Positions 37,767 through 51,300 of a DNA stretch of 64,000 nucleotides are shown here, piece by piece. The translations under genes and the position numbers were made by a program. The DNA comes from Rhynchopus sp. YZ270_cl-10 (lineage: Eukaryota): the NCBI GenBank assembly GCA_964035575.1, contig OZ037844.1, forward strand, positions 1,116,001-1,180,000, in the 5' to 3' direction. How positions within the stretch are numbered: the first letter of the stretch is position 1; every line of letters starts with the position of its first letter. The notes under the pieces were generated by a model. It was not told where the DNA came from and made no database searches. It saw only the letters and a program-made list of their open reading frames with translations.

Positions 37767-38417
37767 CTAACTACCGTTACGGAGGTACTCCTCAAGCGGG
37801 CCAGGCAGGAAACTCTCGCTGACGAGGTACTTCAGGGCGGTCGCCGGCTCTCGCATGAGGAGGGTATGGAGGTCCGGGAGGCTTTCGCTACACGTTTGTC
37901 GGCAGGAGAAGAACAGGTGCTTCAGGGTGCAGGGCTTGTCGCATCGCAGGCATGTGGCAGTGTTCGACGAGGTGCGGAAGTCGAACGTTAGCTGGTTGCT
38001 GCCAGCTCGGAGGCTGCGGATGGTGGTTTCCCCCCTGCGGGTGAGGTCCGTGCAGTGGACGGGAGGTTGCAGCACCGCTACGTCCGCTCCGGCCTTCCTG
38101 GCGTACACCGTGTTCGTGCCGGGCTGCTCGACGGAAGGGGTGTTCGCCAGGTGACGTCTCGCACATGATCTGGCGGCAGAGAAGGACAGGCCAGGGCTCT
38201 GCACCATCTTGGTGCCTTCTGCGGCCGCAGCGTCAGCAGCATCATTGCCCAGGACCTGCACATGCGAGGGGACGTAGTGCAGTATTAGGTTTATGTTGTT
38301 GCCGGCAAGCCGGTGTAGTCCTTTCCAGAGTTTGTGTTCGAAGTCCTCTCTGGCCTTCTTGGGACCGCTCTCTAGCGCACGCAGGGACGATTGCGAGTCT
38401 GTGAGGATGGCGCTTTT
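37767..38417 (-). pseudogene. LINE ORF2 C-terminus: RNase H plus CCHC-like knuckle (Ingi/I-group-like)
   Basis: AILTDSQSSLRAL, HYVPSHVQVLGNDAADAAA (RNase H D...H...N.xAD motifs) and CLRC…TLKHLFFSC. Confidence 0.88.
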
Positions 38418-40366
38418 CCGGTGATCAATTGTTTTGGCTTTGTGTTTCATGTCGTGGTCAGAGAAGGGCGTACCTTATGACCCAAAGAGAAAGTAAACGT
38501 GTGTTGTGTGTCATCATGTCCGGGTGGCCGCATCAACGGTTTCTGGAAAGATCTACCGTAGTAGTCGCCGTCAACCTGCCCGTCTCCAGAAGTTTGTCCA
38601 CATGCACCAGGTAGACACATGCAGTTTCCAAAGGTGAGCCTAGGGTCTTTTTGCACTGACTTTGGGGCCACAATACATTGCCTCACCCTAAGTCAGCGGG
38701 ACGTTGCGCTACGGAGGGGTGTCCATGTCCAATCCTTGAGAATGCATCCACGGGCGGTCAAGAAAGGTTCTGAAGTCCCCCCATACCTTCCCAGCCAAAG
38801 CCTTCGGGCGGTCAAAGAACTCCTTCCCCTTTCCCCATACCTACTAGGATACATTCGCTCACGACTTAGCAGTTTAAGGTCATACTCAGGACCTTTTCGT
38901 GGAATCGGATGTAAATAACAAAGTGTTTTTATGTGGGTGGTGTCAATCATGACGTCAATTCGCGTACACAAAAGTGTGCAGTGGCCAGAAGACAAGCTTG
39001 AATATATTATTTTCATCATGTTCTTAGGTGGCGGCTCTCCGATTCAGGCACCCCTACCGTAATAGGCACACCTTCACCGTGCCCGTCCCCAGGCCAAAGC
39101 CGAACGGGGTCCGCCATAGGGTCTTGAGAGCGCCGACTTTGGGTACGTTAATCCCTTACCATACCTACTCATCGACGGAGCTGTGCGTTATGGGTAAGGA
39201 GTGCTCTTAGAGCCCACCTCGGGGTCGCTCATGTATCCCCCCCAAAGGTATTGTCCCACGGGCGGTCGCAGGGCTCTAGTTCATCCCCCCATACGTCCCC
39301 GGCACAAGGCCTTCGCGCGGTCAAAGGAATCCCATCATAGAGCCCCCCCCTACCTACTAGGAACATACCTCCACGACTGGATGCAGTTTTAGGTCATACC
39401 CAGGACCTTTCCGGTGATCAATTGTTTTGGCTTTGTGTTTCATGTCGTGGTCAGAGAAGGGCGTACCTTATGACCCAAAGAGAAAGTAAACGTGTGTTGT
39501 GTGTCATCATGTCCGGGTGGCCGCATCAACGGTTTCTGGAAAGATCTACCGTAGTAGTCGCCGTCAACCTGCCCGTCTCCAGAAGTTTGTCCACATGCAC
39601 CAGGTAGACACATGCAGTTTCCAAAGGTGAGCCTAGGGTCTTTTTGCACTGACTTTGGGGCCACAATACATTGCCTCACCCTAAGTCAGCGGGACGTTGC
39701 GCTACGGAGGGGTGTCCATGTCCAATCCTTGAGAATGCATCCACGGGCGGTCAAGAAAGGTTCTGAAGTCCCCCCATACCTTCCCAGCCAAAGCCTTCGG
39801 GCGGTCAAAGAACTCCTTCCCCTTTCCCCATACCTACTAGGATACATTCGCTCACGACTTAGCAGTTTAAGGTCATACTCAGGACCTTTTCCGGTGATCA
39901 ATTGTTTTGGCTTTGTGTTTCATGTCGTGGTCAGAGAAGGGCGTACCTTATGACCCAAAGAGAAAGTAAACGTGTGTTGTGTGTCATCATGTCCGGGTGG
40001 CCGCATCAACGGTTTCTGGAAAGATCTACCGTAGTAGTCGCCGTCAACCTGCCCGTCTCCAGAAGTTTGTCCACATGCACCAGGTAGACACATGCAGTTT
40101 CCAAAGGTGAGCCTAGGGTCTTTTTGCACTGACTTTGGGGCCACAATACATTGCCTCACCCTAAGTCAGCGGGACGTTGCGCTACGGAGGGGTGTCCATG
40201 TCCAATCCTTGAGAATGCATCCACGGGCGGTCAAGAAAGGTTCTGAAGTCCCCCCATACCTTCCCAGCCAAAGCCTTCGGGCGGTCAAAGAACTCCTTCC
40301 CCTTTCCCCATACCTACTAGGATACATTCGCTCACGACTTAGCAGTTTAAGGTCATACTCAGGACC
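38418..40366. repeat. A-B-A-A tandem array of ~480/510-bp related units, family unknown
   Basis: Identical-looking A units at 38418-38893, 39411-39886 and 39891-40366. The diverged B unit at 38898-39407 shares the right-hand ~170 bp. Units are separated by 3-4 Ts. Confidence 0.9.
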
Positions 40367-40433
40367 GGACTTGTGTTTTCTAGTTTTTAAAGGTTGCTGT
40401 TCCGGCCACCCCCCCAGTCTAACCCCCTTCAGT

Positions 40434-43400
40434 TCCTTAACACTCGGTGTTAAGGTCTTTAAGGTTGCTGATCACCCCACCCACCCACCCCCTCTAAGGC
40501 ACCCCCCCGGTCCCCCCCCCCCGGGGTGGGTTTCGGCCATTTTTTTTCAGGTCTCTAAACGTCCAAAGAGGTCAAAAAAGTGGATTCTTGGGAAGATAGG
40601 AGGTTTTTTTTAGGGTTTGCAAATGAGAAAGACCTCCAAACCCTGACAGACCCTGAAACCAGGGTGTCGCGAGTACCCCTTTTTTACACGTGTTTCTTAA
40701 GGCTTCTACAGGGTTCTACAGGCAAAACCGGTGTTTTGGCCGAAAACCCGGTTTTTCAGGCAGGTGACCGAGTTTGAGGCTTGGGAAACGTGCCAGAGCG
40801 GTGTGAGAACCATGCGTGGCGGTTTGTAACCACTCCTTGCGTTGGTTGCGTTGCCTTCGTTGCGTACATATCGCTACGTGCACACCGGTTACGTTGTGTT
40901 GCATGCGTTGCGTTTGTTGTGTAGAGATCGTTACGTACAGAGCGCAACGTACGGAGCGGTTGCGTTGCGTTTGTTGTGTTCGGTTGGTTACGTTCGTTGC
41001 GTTCCGATCGTTACGTACACATCTGTTGCGTTGCGTTGCATCCGTTACGTTGCGTTCGTTGCATACAGATCGTTACGTACACATCGGGTACGTTGTGTTG
41101 CATGCGTTGCGTTCGTTGTGTAGAGATCGATATATACAGATCGCAACGTACGCATAGGTTGCGTTGTGTTGCACGCGTTGCATTCGTTGCATACAGAACG
41201 CAACGTACACACAGGTTGCGTTGCATCCGTTGCGTTGGTTGTGTTTGTTTCGTTACGTTCGTTGCGTTCTGATCGTTACGTACACATAGGTTGCGTTGCG
41301 TTGCATGCGTTGGTTGCATACGGATCGTAACGAAAAGAGCGGATCCGTTTATCAACCACACCAGCCAGGAGTGTTAAGGATTGCCAAAAAAAACTAAATT
41401 CCTTAATTCCTTAACACTCGGTGTTAAGGTCTTTAAGGTTGCTTCACCACCCCACCCTCCCACCCCACCCCCCCCCCAGGGTGGGTTTCGGCCATTTTTT
41501 TTCAGGTCTCTAAACGTCCAAAGAGGTCAAAAAAGTGGATTCTCGGGAAGATAGGAGGTTTTTAGGAGACTTTCTCTGAAGCAAAGACCTCCAAACCCTG
41601 ACAGACCCTGAAACCAGGGTGTCGCGAGTACCCCTTTTTTACACGTGTTTCTTAAGGCTTCTACAGGGTTCTACAGGCAAAACAGGCGTTTTGGCCAGAA
41701 ACCCGGTTTTTCAGGCGGGTAACCGGGTTTGCGGCTTGGGAAACGTGCCAGCACGCTGTGAGAACCATGCGTGGGGGTTTGTAACCACTCGTTGCGTTGG
41801 TTGCGTTGCGTTCGTTGCATACAGATCGTAACGTACGCATCAGTTGCGTTGCGTTGCATGCGTTGCGTTCGTTGCATACAGATCGTAACGTACACATCGG
41901 TTGCGTTGTGTTGCATGCGTTGCGTTCGTTGCATACAGATCGTCACGTACACATCGGTTGCGTTGTGTTGCATGCGTTGCGTTCGTTGCATACAGATCGT
42001 AACGTACACATCGGTTGCGTTGCGTTGCATGCGTTGCGTTCGTTGCATACAGATCGTAACGTACGCATCGGTTGCGTTGCGTTCGTTGCGTTCTGATCGT
42101 TACGTACACATCGGTTGCGTTGCGTTGCATGCGTTGCGTTCGTTGCAGACAGATCGTAACGTACGCATCGGTTGCGTTGCGTTGCATGCGTTGCGTTCGT
42201 TGCAGACAGATCGCTACGTACACATCGGTTGCGTTGCGTTCGTTGCATACAGATCGTAACGTACACATCGGTTGCGTTGCGTTGCATGCGTTGCGTTCGT
42301 TGCATACAGATCGTAACGTACACATCGGTTGCGTTGCGTTGCATGCGTTGCGTTCGTTGCAGACAGATCGTAACGTACGCATCGGTTGCGTTGTGTTGCA
42401 TGCGTTGCGTTCGTTGCATACAGATCGTAACGTACGCATCGGTTGCGTTGCGTTCGTTGCATACAGATCGTAACGTACACATCGGTTGCGTTGCGTTGCA
42501 TGCGTTGCGTTCGTTGCAGACAGATCGTAACGTACGCATCGGTTGCGTTGCGTTGCATGCGTTGCGTTCGTTGCAGACAGATCGCTACGTACACATCGGT
42601 TGCGTTGCGTTCGTTGCGTTCTGATCGTTACGTACACATCGGTTGCGTTGCGTTGCATGCGTTGCGTTCGTTGCATACAGATCGTAACGTACGCATCGGT
42701 TGCGTTGCGTTGCATGCGTTGCGTTCGTTGCAGACAGATCGTAACGTACACATCGGTTGCGTTGCGTTGCATGCGTTGCGTTCGTTGCAGACAGATCGTA
42801 ACGTACGCATCGGTTGCGTTGCGTTCGTTGCGTTCTGATCGTTACGTACACATCGGTTGCGTTGCGTTGCATGCGTTGCGTTCGTTGCATACAGATCGTA
42901 ACGTACGCATCGGTTGCGTTGCGTTGCATGCGTTGCGTTCGTTGCAGACAGATCGTAACGTACACATCGGTTGCGTTGCGTTGCATGCGTTGCGTTCGTT
43001 GCAGACAGATCGTAACGTACGCATCGGTTGCGTTGCGTTCGTTGCATACAGATCGTAACGTACACATCGGTTGCGTTGCGTTGTATGCGTTGCGTTCGTT
43101 GCATACAGATCGTAACGTACACATCGGTTGCGTTGCGTTGCATGCGTTGCGTTCGTTGCAGACAGATCGTAACGTACGCATCGGTTGCGTTGCGTTCGTT
43201 GCATACAGATCGTAACGTACACATCGGTTGCGTTGCGTTCGTTGCGTTCTGATCGTTACGTACACATCGGTTGCGTTGCGTTGTATGCGTTGCGTTCGTT
43301 GCAGACAGATCGTAACGTACGCATCGGTTGCGTTGTGTTGCATGCGTTGCGTTCGTTGCATACAGATCGTAACGTACGCATCGGTTGCGTTGCGTTGCGT

Positions 43401-45743
43401 TGCATGCGTTGCGTTCGTTGCATACAGATCGTAACGTACGCATCGGTTGCGTTGCGTTGCATGCGTTGCGTTCGTTGCAGACAGATCGCTACGTACACAT
43501 CGGTTGCGTTGCGTTGCATGCGTTGCGTTCGTTGCATACAGATCGTAACGTACGCATCGGTTGCGTTGCGTTGCATGCGTTGCGTTCGTTGCAGACAGAT
43601 CGTAACGTACACATCGGTTGCGTTGCGTTGCATGCGTTGCGTTCGTTGCAGACAGATCGTAACGTACGCATCGGTTGCGTTGCGTTCGTTGCATACAGAT
43701 CGTAACGTACACATCGGTTGCGTTGCGTTGCATGCGTTGCGTTCGTTGCAGACAGATCGTAACGTACGCATCGGTTGCGTTGCGTTGCATGCGTTGCGTT
43801 CGTTGCAGACAGATCGCTACGTACACATCGGTTGCGTTGCGTTCGTTGCGTTCTGATCGTTACGTACACATCGGTTGCGTTGCGTTGCATGCGTTGCGTT
43901 CGTTGCAGACAGATCGTAACGTACGCATCGGTTGCGTTGCGTTGCATGCGTTGCGTTCGTTGCAGACAGATCGCTACGTACACATCGGTTGCGTTGCGTT
44001 CGTTGCGTTCTGATCGTTACGTACACATCGGTTGCGTTGCGTTGCATGCGTTGCGTTCGTTGCAGACAGATCGCTACGTACACATCGGTTGCGTTGCGTT
44101 GCATGCGTTGCGTTCGTTGCAGACAGATCGTAACGTACGCATCGGTTGCGTTGCGTTGCATGCGTTGCGTTCGTTGCAGACAGATCGCTACGTACACATC
44201 GGTTGCGTTGCGTTGCATGCGTTGCGTTCGTTGCATACAGATCGCTACGTACACATCGGTTGCGTTGCGTTGCATGCGTTGCGTTCGTTGCAGACAGATC
44301 GTAACGTACGCATCGGTTGCGTTGCGTTGCATGCGTTGCGTTCGTTGCAGACAGATCGCTACGTACACATCGGTTGCGTTGCGTTCGTTGCGTTCTGATC
44401 GTTACGTACACATCGGTTGCGTTGCGTTGCATGCGTTGCGTTCGTTGCAGACAGATCGTAACGTACGCATCGGTTGCGTTGTGTTGCATGCGTTGCGTTC
44501 GTTGCATACAGATCGTAACGTACGCATCGGTTGCGTTGCGTTCGTTGCATACAGATCGTAACGTACACATCGGTTGCGTTGCGTTGCATGCGTTGCGTTC
44601 GTTGCAGACAGATCGCTACGTACACATCGGTTGCGTTGCGTTCGTTGCGTTCTGATCGTTTCGTACACATCGGTTGCGTTGCGTTGCATGCGTTGCGTTC
44701 GTTGCATACAGATCGTAACGTACGCATCGGTTGCGTTGCGTTGCATGCGTTGCGTTCGTTGCATACAGATCGTAACGTACGCATCGGTTGCGTTGCGTTG
44801 CATGCTTTCGTTGCATACGGATCGTAACGTATAGAGCGGATCCGTTTCGTTGTGTTCGGTTGCGTTTATCAACCACACCAGCCAGGAGTGTTAAGGATTG
44901 CCAAAAAAAACTAAATTCCTTAACACTCGGTGTTAAGGTCTTTAAGGTTGCTGATCACCCCACCCACCCACCCCCTCTAAGGCACCCCCCCCGCCCCCCC
45001 CCCCGGGGTGGGTTTCGGCCATTTTTTTTGAGGTCTCTAAACGTCCAAAGAGGTCAAAAAAGTGGATTCTTGGGAAGATAGGAGGTTTTTTTGAGGGTTT
45101 GCAAATGAGAAAGACCTCCAAACCCTGACAGACCCTGAAACCAGGGTGTCGCGAGTACCCCTTTTTTACACGTGTTTCTTAAGGGTTCTACAGGGTTATA
45201 CAGGCAAAACAGGCGTTTTGGCCAAAAACCCGGTTTTTCAGGCAGGTAACCGGGTTTGAGGCTTGGGAAACGTGCCAGAGCGGTGTGAGAACCATGCGTG
45301 GGGGTTTGTAACCACTCGTTGCGTTGGTTGCGTTGCCTTCGCTACGTTGCGTTCGTTACGTACACACCGGTTACGTTGTGTTGCATGCGTTGCGTTCGTT
45401 GTGTAGAGATCGTTATATACAGAGTGCAACGAACAGAGCGGTTGCGTTGCGTTGGTTGTGTTCGGTTGGTTACGTTCGTTGCGTTCCGATCGTTACGTAC
45501 ACATCGGTTGCGTTGCGTTGCATGCGTTGCGTTCGGTGCGTTGCATTGCTTCCGTGTCTTTGGTTCGAGACGTTACGTACCGAACGGTTGCGTTGCGTCG
45601 GTTGCATTCGTTCCGTTCACATCGTTCCGATCTGAACGGAACGATGTGAACGCAAGAAACGTATCGCATCGGTTGCGTTGGTTGGCTTGTGTGCGTTGCA
45701 AACCTTTCATACATCAACCACACCAGCCAGTGAGTGTTAAGGA
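40434..45743 (+). mobile_element. Head-to-tail family C elements (40434-41399, 41408-44916, 44917-45743)
   Basis: Same termini as the other family C copies. The last copy is cut just after its 3' inverted repeat, and its remainder lies at 48322-48341. Confidence 0.8.
41810..44830. repeat. 3-kb 57-bp satellite array inside a family C element
   Basis: Tandem 57-bp and 43-bp units of the same family, with local variants (gcagacagat, ttctgatcg). Confidence 0.95.
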
Positions 45744-48320
45744 TTTAGTTTTTTTTGGCAATCCTTAACACTCACTGGCTGGTGTGGTTGATGTATGAAA
45801 GGTTTGCAACGCACACAAGCCAACCAACGCAACCGATGCGATACGTTTCTTGCGTTCACATCGTTCCGTTCAGATCGGAACGATGTGAACGGAACGAATG
45901 CAACCGACGCAACGCAACCGTTCGGTACGTAACGTCTCGAACCAAAGACACGGAAGCAATGCAACGCACCGAACGCAACGCATGCAACGCAACGCACCGA
46001 ACGCAACGCATGCAACGCAACGCAACCGATGTGTACGTAACGATCGGAACGCAACGAACGTAACCAACCGAACACAACCAACGCAACGCAACCGCTCTGT
46101 TCGTTGCACTCTGTATATAACGATCTCTACACAACGAACGCAACGCATGCAACACAACGTAACCGGTGTGTACGTAACGAACGCAACGTAGCGAAGGCAA
46201 CGCAACCAACGCAACGAGTGGTTACAAACCCCCACGCATGGTTCTCACACCGCTCTGGCACGTTTCCCAAGCCTCAAACCCGGTTACCTGCCTGAAAAAC
46301 CGGGTTTTTGGCCAAAACGCCTGTTTTGCCTGTATAACCCTGTAGAACCCTTAAGAAACACGTGTAAAAAAGGGGTACTCGCGACACCCTGGTTTCAGGG
46401 TCTGTCAGGGTTTGGAGGTCTTTCTCATTTGCAAACCCTCAAAAAAACCTCCTATCTTCCCAAGAATCCACTTTTTTGACCTCTTTGGACGTTTAGAGAC
46501 CTCAAAAAAAATGGCCGAAACCCACCCCGGGGGGGGGGGCGGGGGGGGGTGCCTTAGAGGGGGTGGGTGGGTGGGGTGATCAGCAACCTTAAAGACCTTA
46601 ACACCGAGTGTTAAGGAATTTAGTTTTTTTTGGCAATCCTTAACACTCCTGGCTGGTGTGGTTGATAAACGGATCCGCTCTTTTCGTTACGATCCGTATG
46701 CAACCAACGCATGCAACGCAACGCAACCTATGTGTACGTAACGATCAGAACGCAACGAACGTAACGAAACAAACACAACCAACGCAACGGATGCAACGCA
46801 ACCTGTGTGTACGTTGCGTTCTGTATGCAACGAATGCAACGCGTGCAACACAACGCAACCTATGCGTACGTTGCGATCTGTATATATCGATCTCTACACA
46901 ACGAACGCAACGCATGCAACACAACGTACCCGATGTGTACGTAACGATCTGTATGCAACGAACGCAACGTAACGGATGCAACGCAACGCAACAGATGTGT
47001 ACGTAACGATCGGAACGCAACGAACGTAACCAACCGAACACAACAAACGCAACGCAACCGCTCCGTACGTTGCGCTCTGTACGTAACGATCTCTACACAA
47101 CAAACGCAACGCATGCAACACAACGTAACCGGTGTGCACGTAGCGATATGTACGCAACGAAGGCAACGCAACCAACGCAAGGAGTGGTTACAAACCGCCA
47201 CGCATGGTTCTCACACCGCTCTGGCACGTTTCCCAAGCCTCAAACTCGGTCACCTGCCTGAAAAACCGGGTTTTCGGCCAAAACACCGGTTTTGCCTGTA
47301 GAACCCTGTAGAAGCCTTAAGAAACACGTGTAAAAAAGGGGTACTCGCGACACCCTGGTTTCAGGGTCTGTCAGGGTTTGGAGGTCTTTCTCATTTGCAA
47401 ACCCTAAAAAAAACCTCCTATCTTCCCAAGAATCCACTTTTTTGACCTCTTTGGACGTTTAGAGACCTGAAAAAAAATGGCCGAAACCCACCCCGGGGGG
47501 GGGGGACCGGGGGGGTGCCTTAGAGGGGGTGGGTGGGTGGGGTGATCAGCAACCTTAAAGACCTTAACACCGAGTGTTAAGGATTTAGTTTTTTTTGGCA
47601 ATCCTTAACACTCACTGGCTGGTGTGGTTGATGTATGAAAGGTTTGCAACGCACACAAACCAACCAACACAACCGATGCGATACGTTTCTTTCGTTCACA
47701 TCGTTCTGTTCAGATCGGAACGATGTGAACGAATGCAACCGACGCAACGCAACGCATCGAACGTAACCAACCGAACACAACCAACGCAACGCAACCGTTC
47801 TGTTCGTTGCGCTCTGTACGTAACGAACGCAACGCATGCAACACAACGTAACCGGTGTGTACGTAGCGATGTGTACGCAACGAAGGCAACGCAACCAACG
47901 CAACGAGTGGTTACAAACCCCCACGCATGGTTCTCACAGCTCGCTGGCACGTTTCCCAAGCCGCAAACCCGGTCACCTGCCTGAAAAACCGGGTTTTTGG
48001 CCAAAAGGCCTGTTTTGCCTGTAGAACCCATAAGAACCCTTAAGAAACACGTGTAAAAAAGGGGTACTCGCGACACCCTGGTTTCAGGGTCTGTCAGGGT
48101 TTGGAGGTCTTTGCTTCAGAGAAAGTCTCCTAAAAACCTCCTATCTTCCCAAGAATCCACTTTTTTGACCTCTTTCGAGGTTTAGAGACCTGAAAAAAAA
48201 TGCCCGAACCCCACCTTGGGGGGGGGGGGGGGGGGGAGGGTGCCTGAGAGGGGGGGTGGGTGGGTGGGTGGGTGGGAGGTGATCAGCAACCTTAAAGACC
48301 TTAACACCGAGTGTTAAGGA
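45743..48320 (-). mobile_element. Inverted run of three family C elements (45743-46617, 46618-47583, 47583-48320)
   Basis: Reverse-complement family C termini. The first copy mirrors 44917-45743 and the second mirrors 40434-41399. Confidence 0.8.
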
Positions 48321-48341
48321 AATTGCCAAAAAAAACTAAAT

Positions 48342-51300
48342 TCTAGAAAACACTTGTGTTTTCTAGTTTTTAAAGGTTGCTGTTCCGGCCACCCTTCAGT
48401 CTCTAACCCCCCCTGCTGGATCCGACCAAAAACCGGTTTTTTTTAGAGGGTGTAGAAGCTTCGCACAGCTGAAAAAACGTTTTCTTTGGAAAGATCGGAC
48501 ACTTTTTGGGGGGTGTATAGGCTCAGCGAAGCGTTAAACCGTTAGAGACCCTGACACCAGGGTGTCACGAGTACCCCTTTTTTACACGTGTTTCTTAAGG
48601 GTTCGACAGGGTTCTACAGGCAAAACAGGCGTTTTGGCCGAAAACCCGGTTTTTAAGGCAGGTGACCGGGTTTCCGGCTTGGGAAACGTGCCAGCGAGCT
48701 GTGAGAACCATGCATGGGCCACACACGGCACGAGTTGTAGCAGCCCACCGTAGGTGGGCTGCGTTTGGTAACCACACGATACGGTTAACGCGTGTATCCT
48801 TTATGCATAGCGTTGTGTGTATCGTATACGAAGACCGTTGTGTGCAACGCATGTGTAGACCGTTGCTTTATCAACCACACGAGCCAGCGAAGTGTCACAG
48901 CGGCGCAGGTGTTGCGTTAACGCGATGGGTTAAACCCGTAGCATGCTTTCGCTGCACACGAACCGTGTATCGCTTATGCATAGCGTTGTGTGTATCGTAT
49001 CCGTAGAGCGTAACGTGCAAACCATACACAAACCGGTTGACACACCAGCCAGCGAAGTGTTTTCAAGACCGTCAACTCAAATCTCCCCCTCCCCCCTGCT
49101 GGATCCGACCAAAAACCGGTTTTTTTTAGAGGGTGTAGAAGCTTCGCACAGCCGAAAAAACTTTTTCTTTGGAAAGATCGGACACTTTTTGGGGGGTGTA
49201 TAGGCTCAGCGAAGCGTTAAACCGTTAGAGACCCTGACACCAGGGTGTCACGAGTACCCCTTTTATACACGTGTTTCTTAAGGCTTCTACAGGGTTCTAC
49301 AGGCAAAACAGGCGTTTTGGCCAAAAACCCGGTTTTTCAGGCAGGTAACCGGGATTGCGGCTTGGGAAACGTGCCAGCGAGCTGTGAGAACCATGCATGG
49401 ACCACACACGGCACGAGTTGCAGCAGCCCACCGAAGGTGGGCTGCGTTTGGTAACCATCCGTTGCGGTTAACGCGTGCAACGCATGTACATAGCGTTGTG
49501 TGTATCGTATACGAAGACCGTAGTGTGTAACGCACGTGTAGACCGTTCCGTTATCACAACCACACGAGCCAGCGAAGTGTCACAGCGGCGCAGGTGTTGC
49601 GTTAACGCGATGGCGTTAAACCCGTAGCATGCTTTCGTACAGATCGCTACGTACGCATAGGTTGCGTTGCGTTGCATGCGTTACGCTGCACACGAACCGT
49701 GTATCGCTTATGCATAGCGTTGTGTGTATCGTATACGTAGAGCGTTACGTGCAAACCATACACATACCGTTTGACACACCAGCCAGCGAAGTGTTTTCAA
49801 GACCGTCAACTCAAATCTCTAACCCCCCCTTCAGTCTCCCCCTCCCCCCTGCTGGATACGACCAAAAACCGGTTTTTTTTTGAGGGTGTAGAAGCTTCGC
49901 CCAGCCGAAAAAACGTTTTCTTTGGAAAGATCGGACACTTTTTGGGGGGTGTATAGCAAGGCTCTAAGTCGACAGTGTCGGCCCCTGTCGGCCGACTGTC
50001 GGCCGACTGTCGAAAAGTCGAAAAAAAAAAATTTTTTTTTTTGGTGACCCTGCGTGAATTTTTTTTTTTTTTTTTTGTTAGGAAAAAAAAAATTTTTTTT
50101 TTGTGATGTCGAAAAAAAAATTTTTGGGTCATATGGCCTTATAAGCAACAAAGGCGAACAAGACGACCATTTCCCCGAGATCCCCGCGACCCGGGTCGCG
50201 ACCCCCATAAAAAAAAAAAAAATTTTTTTTTTTTTGGTCGTTGAAAAAATTTTGCCATTTTTTTTTTTTTTTTTTTTTTTTGGAAATTATGGAATTCGGT
50301 TTTGCCTTACGAACCTTATTTTTTTTTTTTGGCCCTTTTTTCCTAGTTCTGGCCCTATCTTTCAAATAAAGCCAGAATTTTCAACTTTTGAGCCTTTTTA
50401 AGGCATTTCCCCGCGTTTTTCTGCAAAAAAAGATCAAAAGAACTCAATTTGCCTTTGCGAAAAAAAAATTTTTTTTTTTTTTGAATTTTTTTTTTTTCGA
50501 CAACTACTTTCTGGGGTACTGTCAGTACGTAAGGTATGACCAAAATAGCCGTATTTTGGCTGAAAATTCGACTTGAAAATTTTTTTCATAATTTGCCCAA
50601 TCTGAGGTTTTCATTGGATTCATCGGGCAATTTTATGAGGTACCACGCCTGATTTTGGGCAAAAAAAAAATTTTTTTTTTGGCCAAAAATCGCCTTGTAT
50701 TACCACTGTATTGGTGTAGGCTTGTACACAGAAGTGTGTTTTGTGTAACCACAGATGGTCAAAACACCCGATTTTTGCGTTTTTTTGCATTTTTTGGTGC
50801 CCAAAAACCCAGGTCAGGGGTCGAAATTTTCTCGAAAAAAAAATTTTTTTTTTTGAGATTTTTCGATTTTTCGACAAGTCGCTGGCCCATACAAAATGTA
50901 CAGGGTACACACAAAATGACCATACAATAAATTCTAGATGCTCAAAACATTAAAATTCTTGCTTTATTTGCATGCCCGGTGCCCGCGGGTCCCAAAAAAA
51001 AATTTTTTTTTTGGGTGAAAAAATTTTTTGATGTCGAAAAAAAAAAAAATTTTTTTTTTCGACAAGACACAGTCGACAGTCGACAAAGACACACTGTGTC
51101 TTCGACAAAAGACACAGTGTGTCTTTGTGTCTTTGTGTCTTTCGACAGTGTCTAGACACAAAGACACACTGTCGACTTAGAGCCTTGTGTATAGGCTCAG
51201 CGAGGCTGGGAGCCCTTAGAGACCCTGACACCAGGGTGTCACGAGTACCCCTTTTATACGTGTTTCTTAAGGCTTCTACAGGGTTCTACAGGCAAAACAG

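Larger units (their letters stand above)
35204..40368 (-). mobile_element. 5'-truncated LINE insertion: poly(A), ~2.5-kb 3' UTR, RNase H, fused to a ~480-bp tandem array
   Basis: Poly-T at 35202-35230. The insertion splits a family B hairpin (tctagaaaacactt | acttgtgttttctag), with a possible 4-bp duplication actt. Confidence 0.75.

Noticed and set aside
38418..40366. LTR pair or spliced-leader/5S RNA gene array
   Set aside because: There are no TG…CA ends, PBS or internal gag-pol, and I could not recognise a spliced-leader exon or 5S sequence in the unit.
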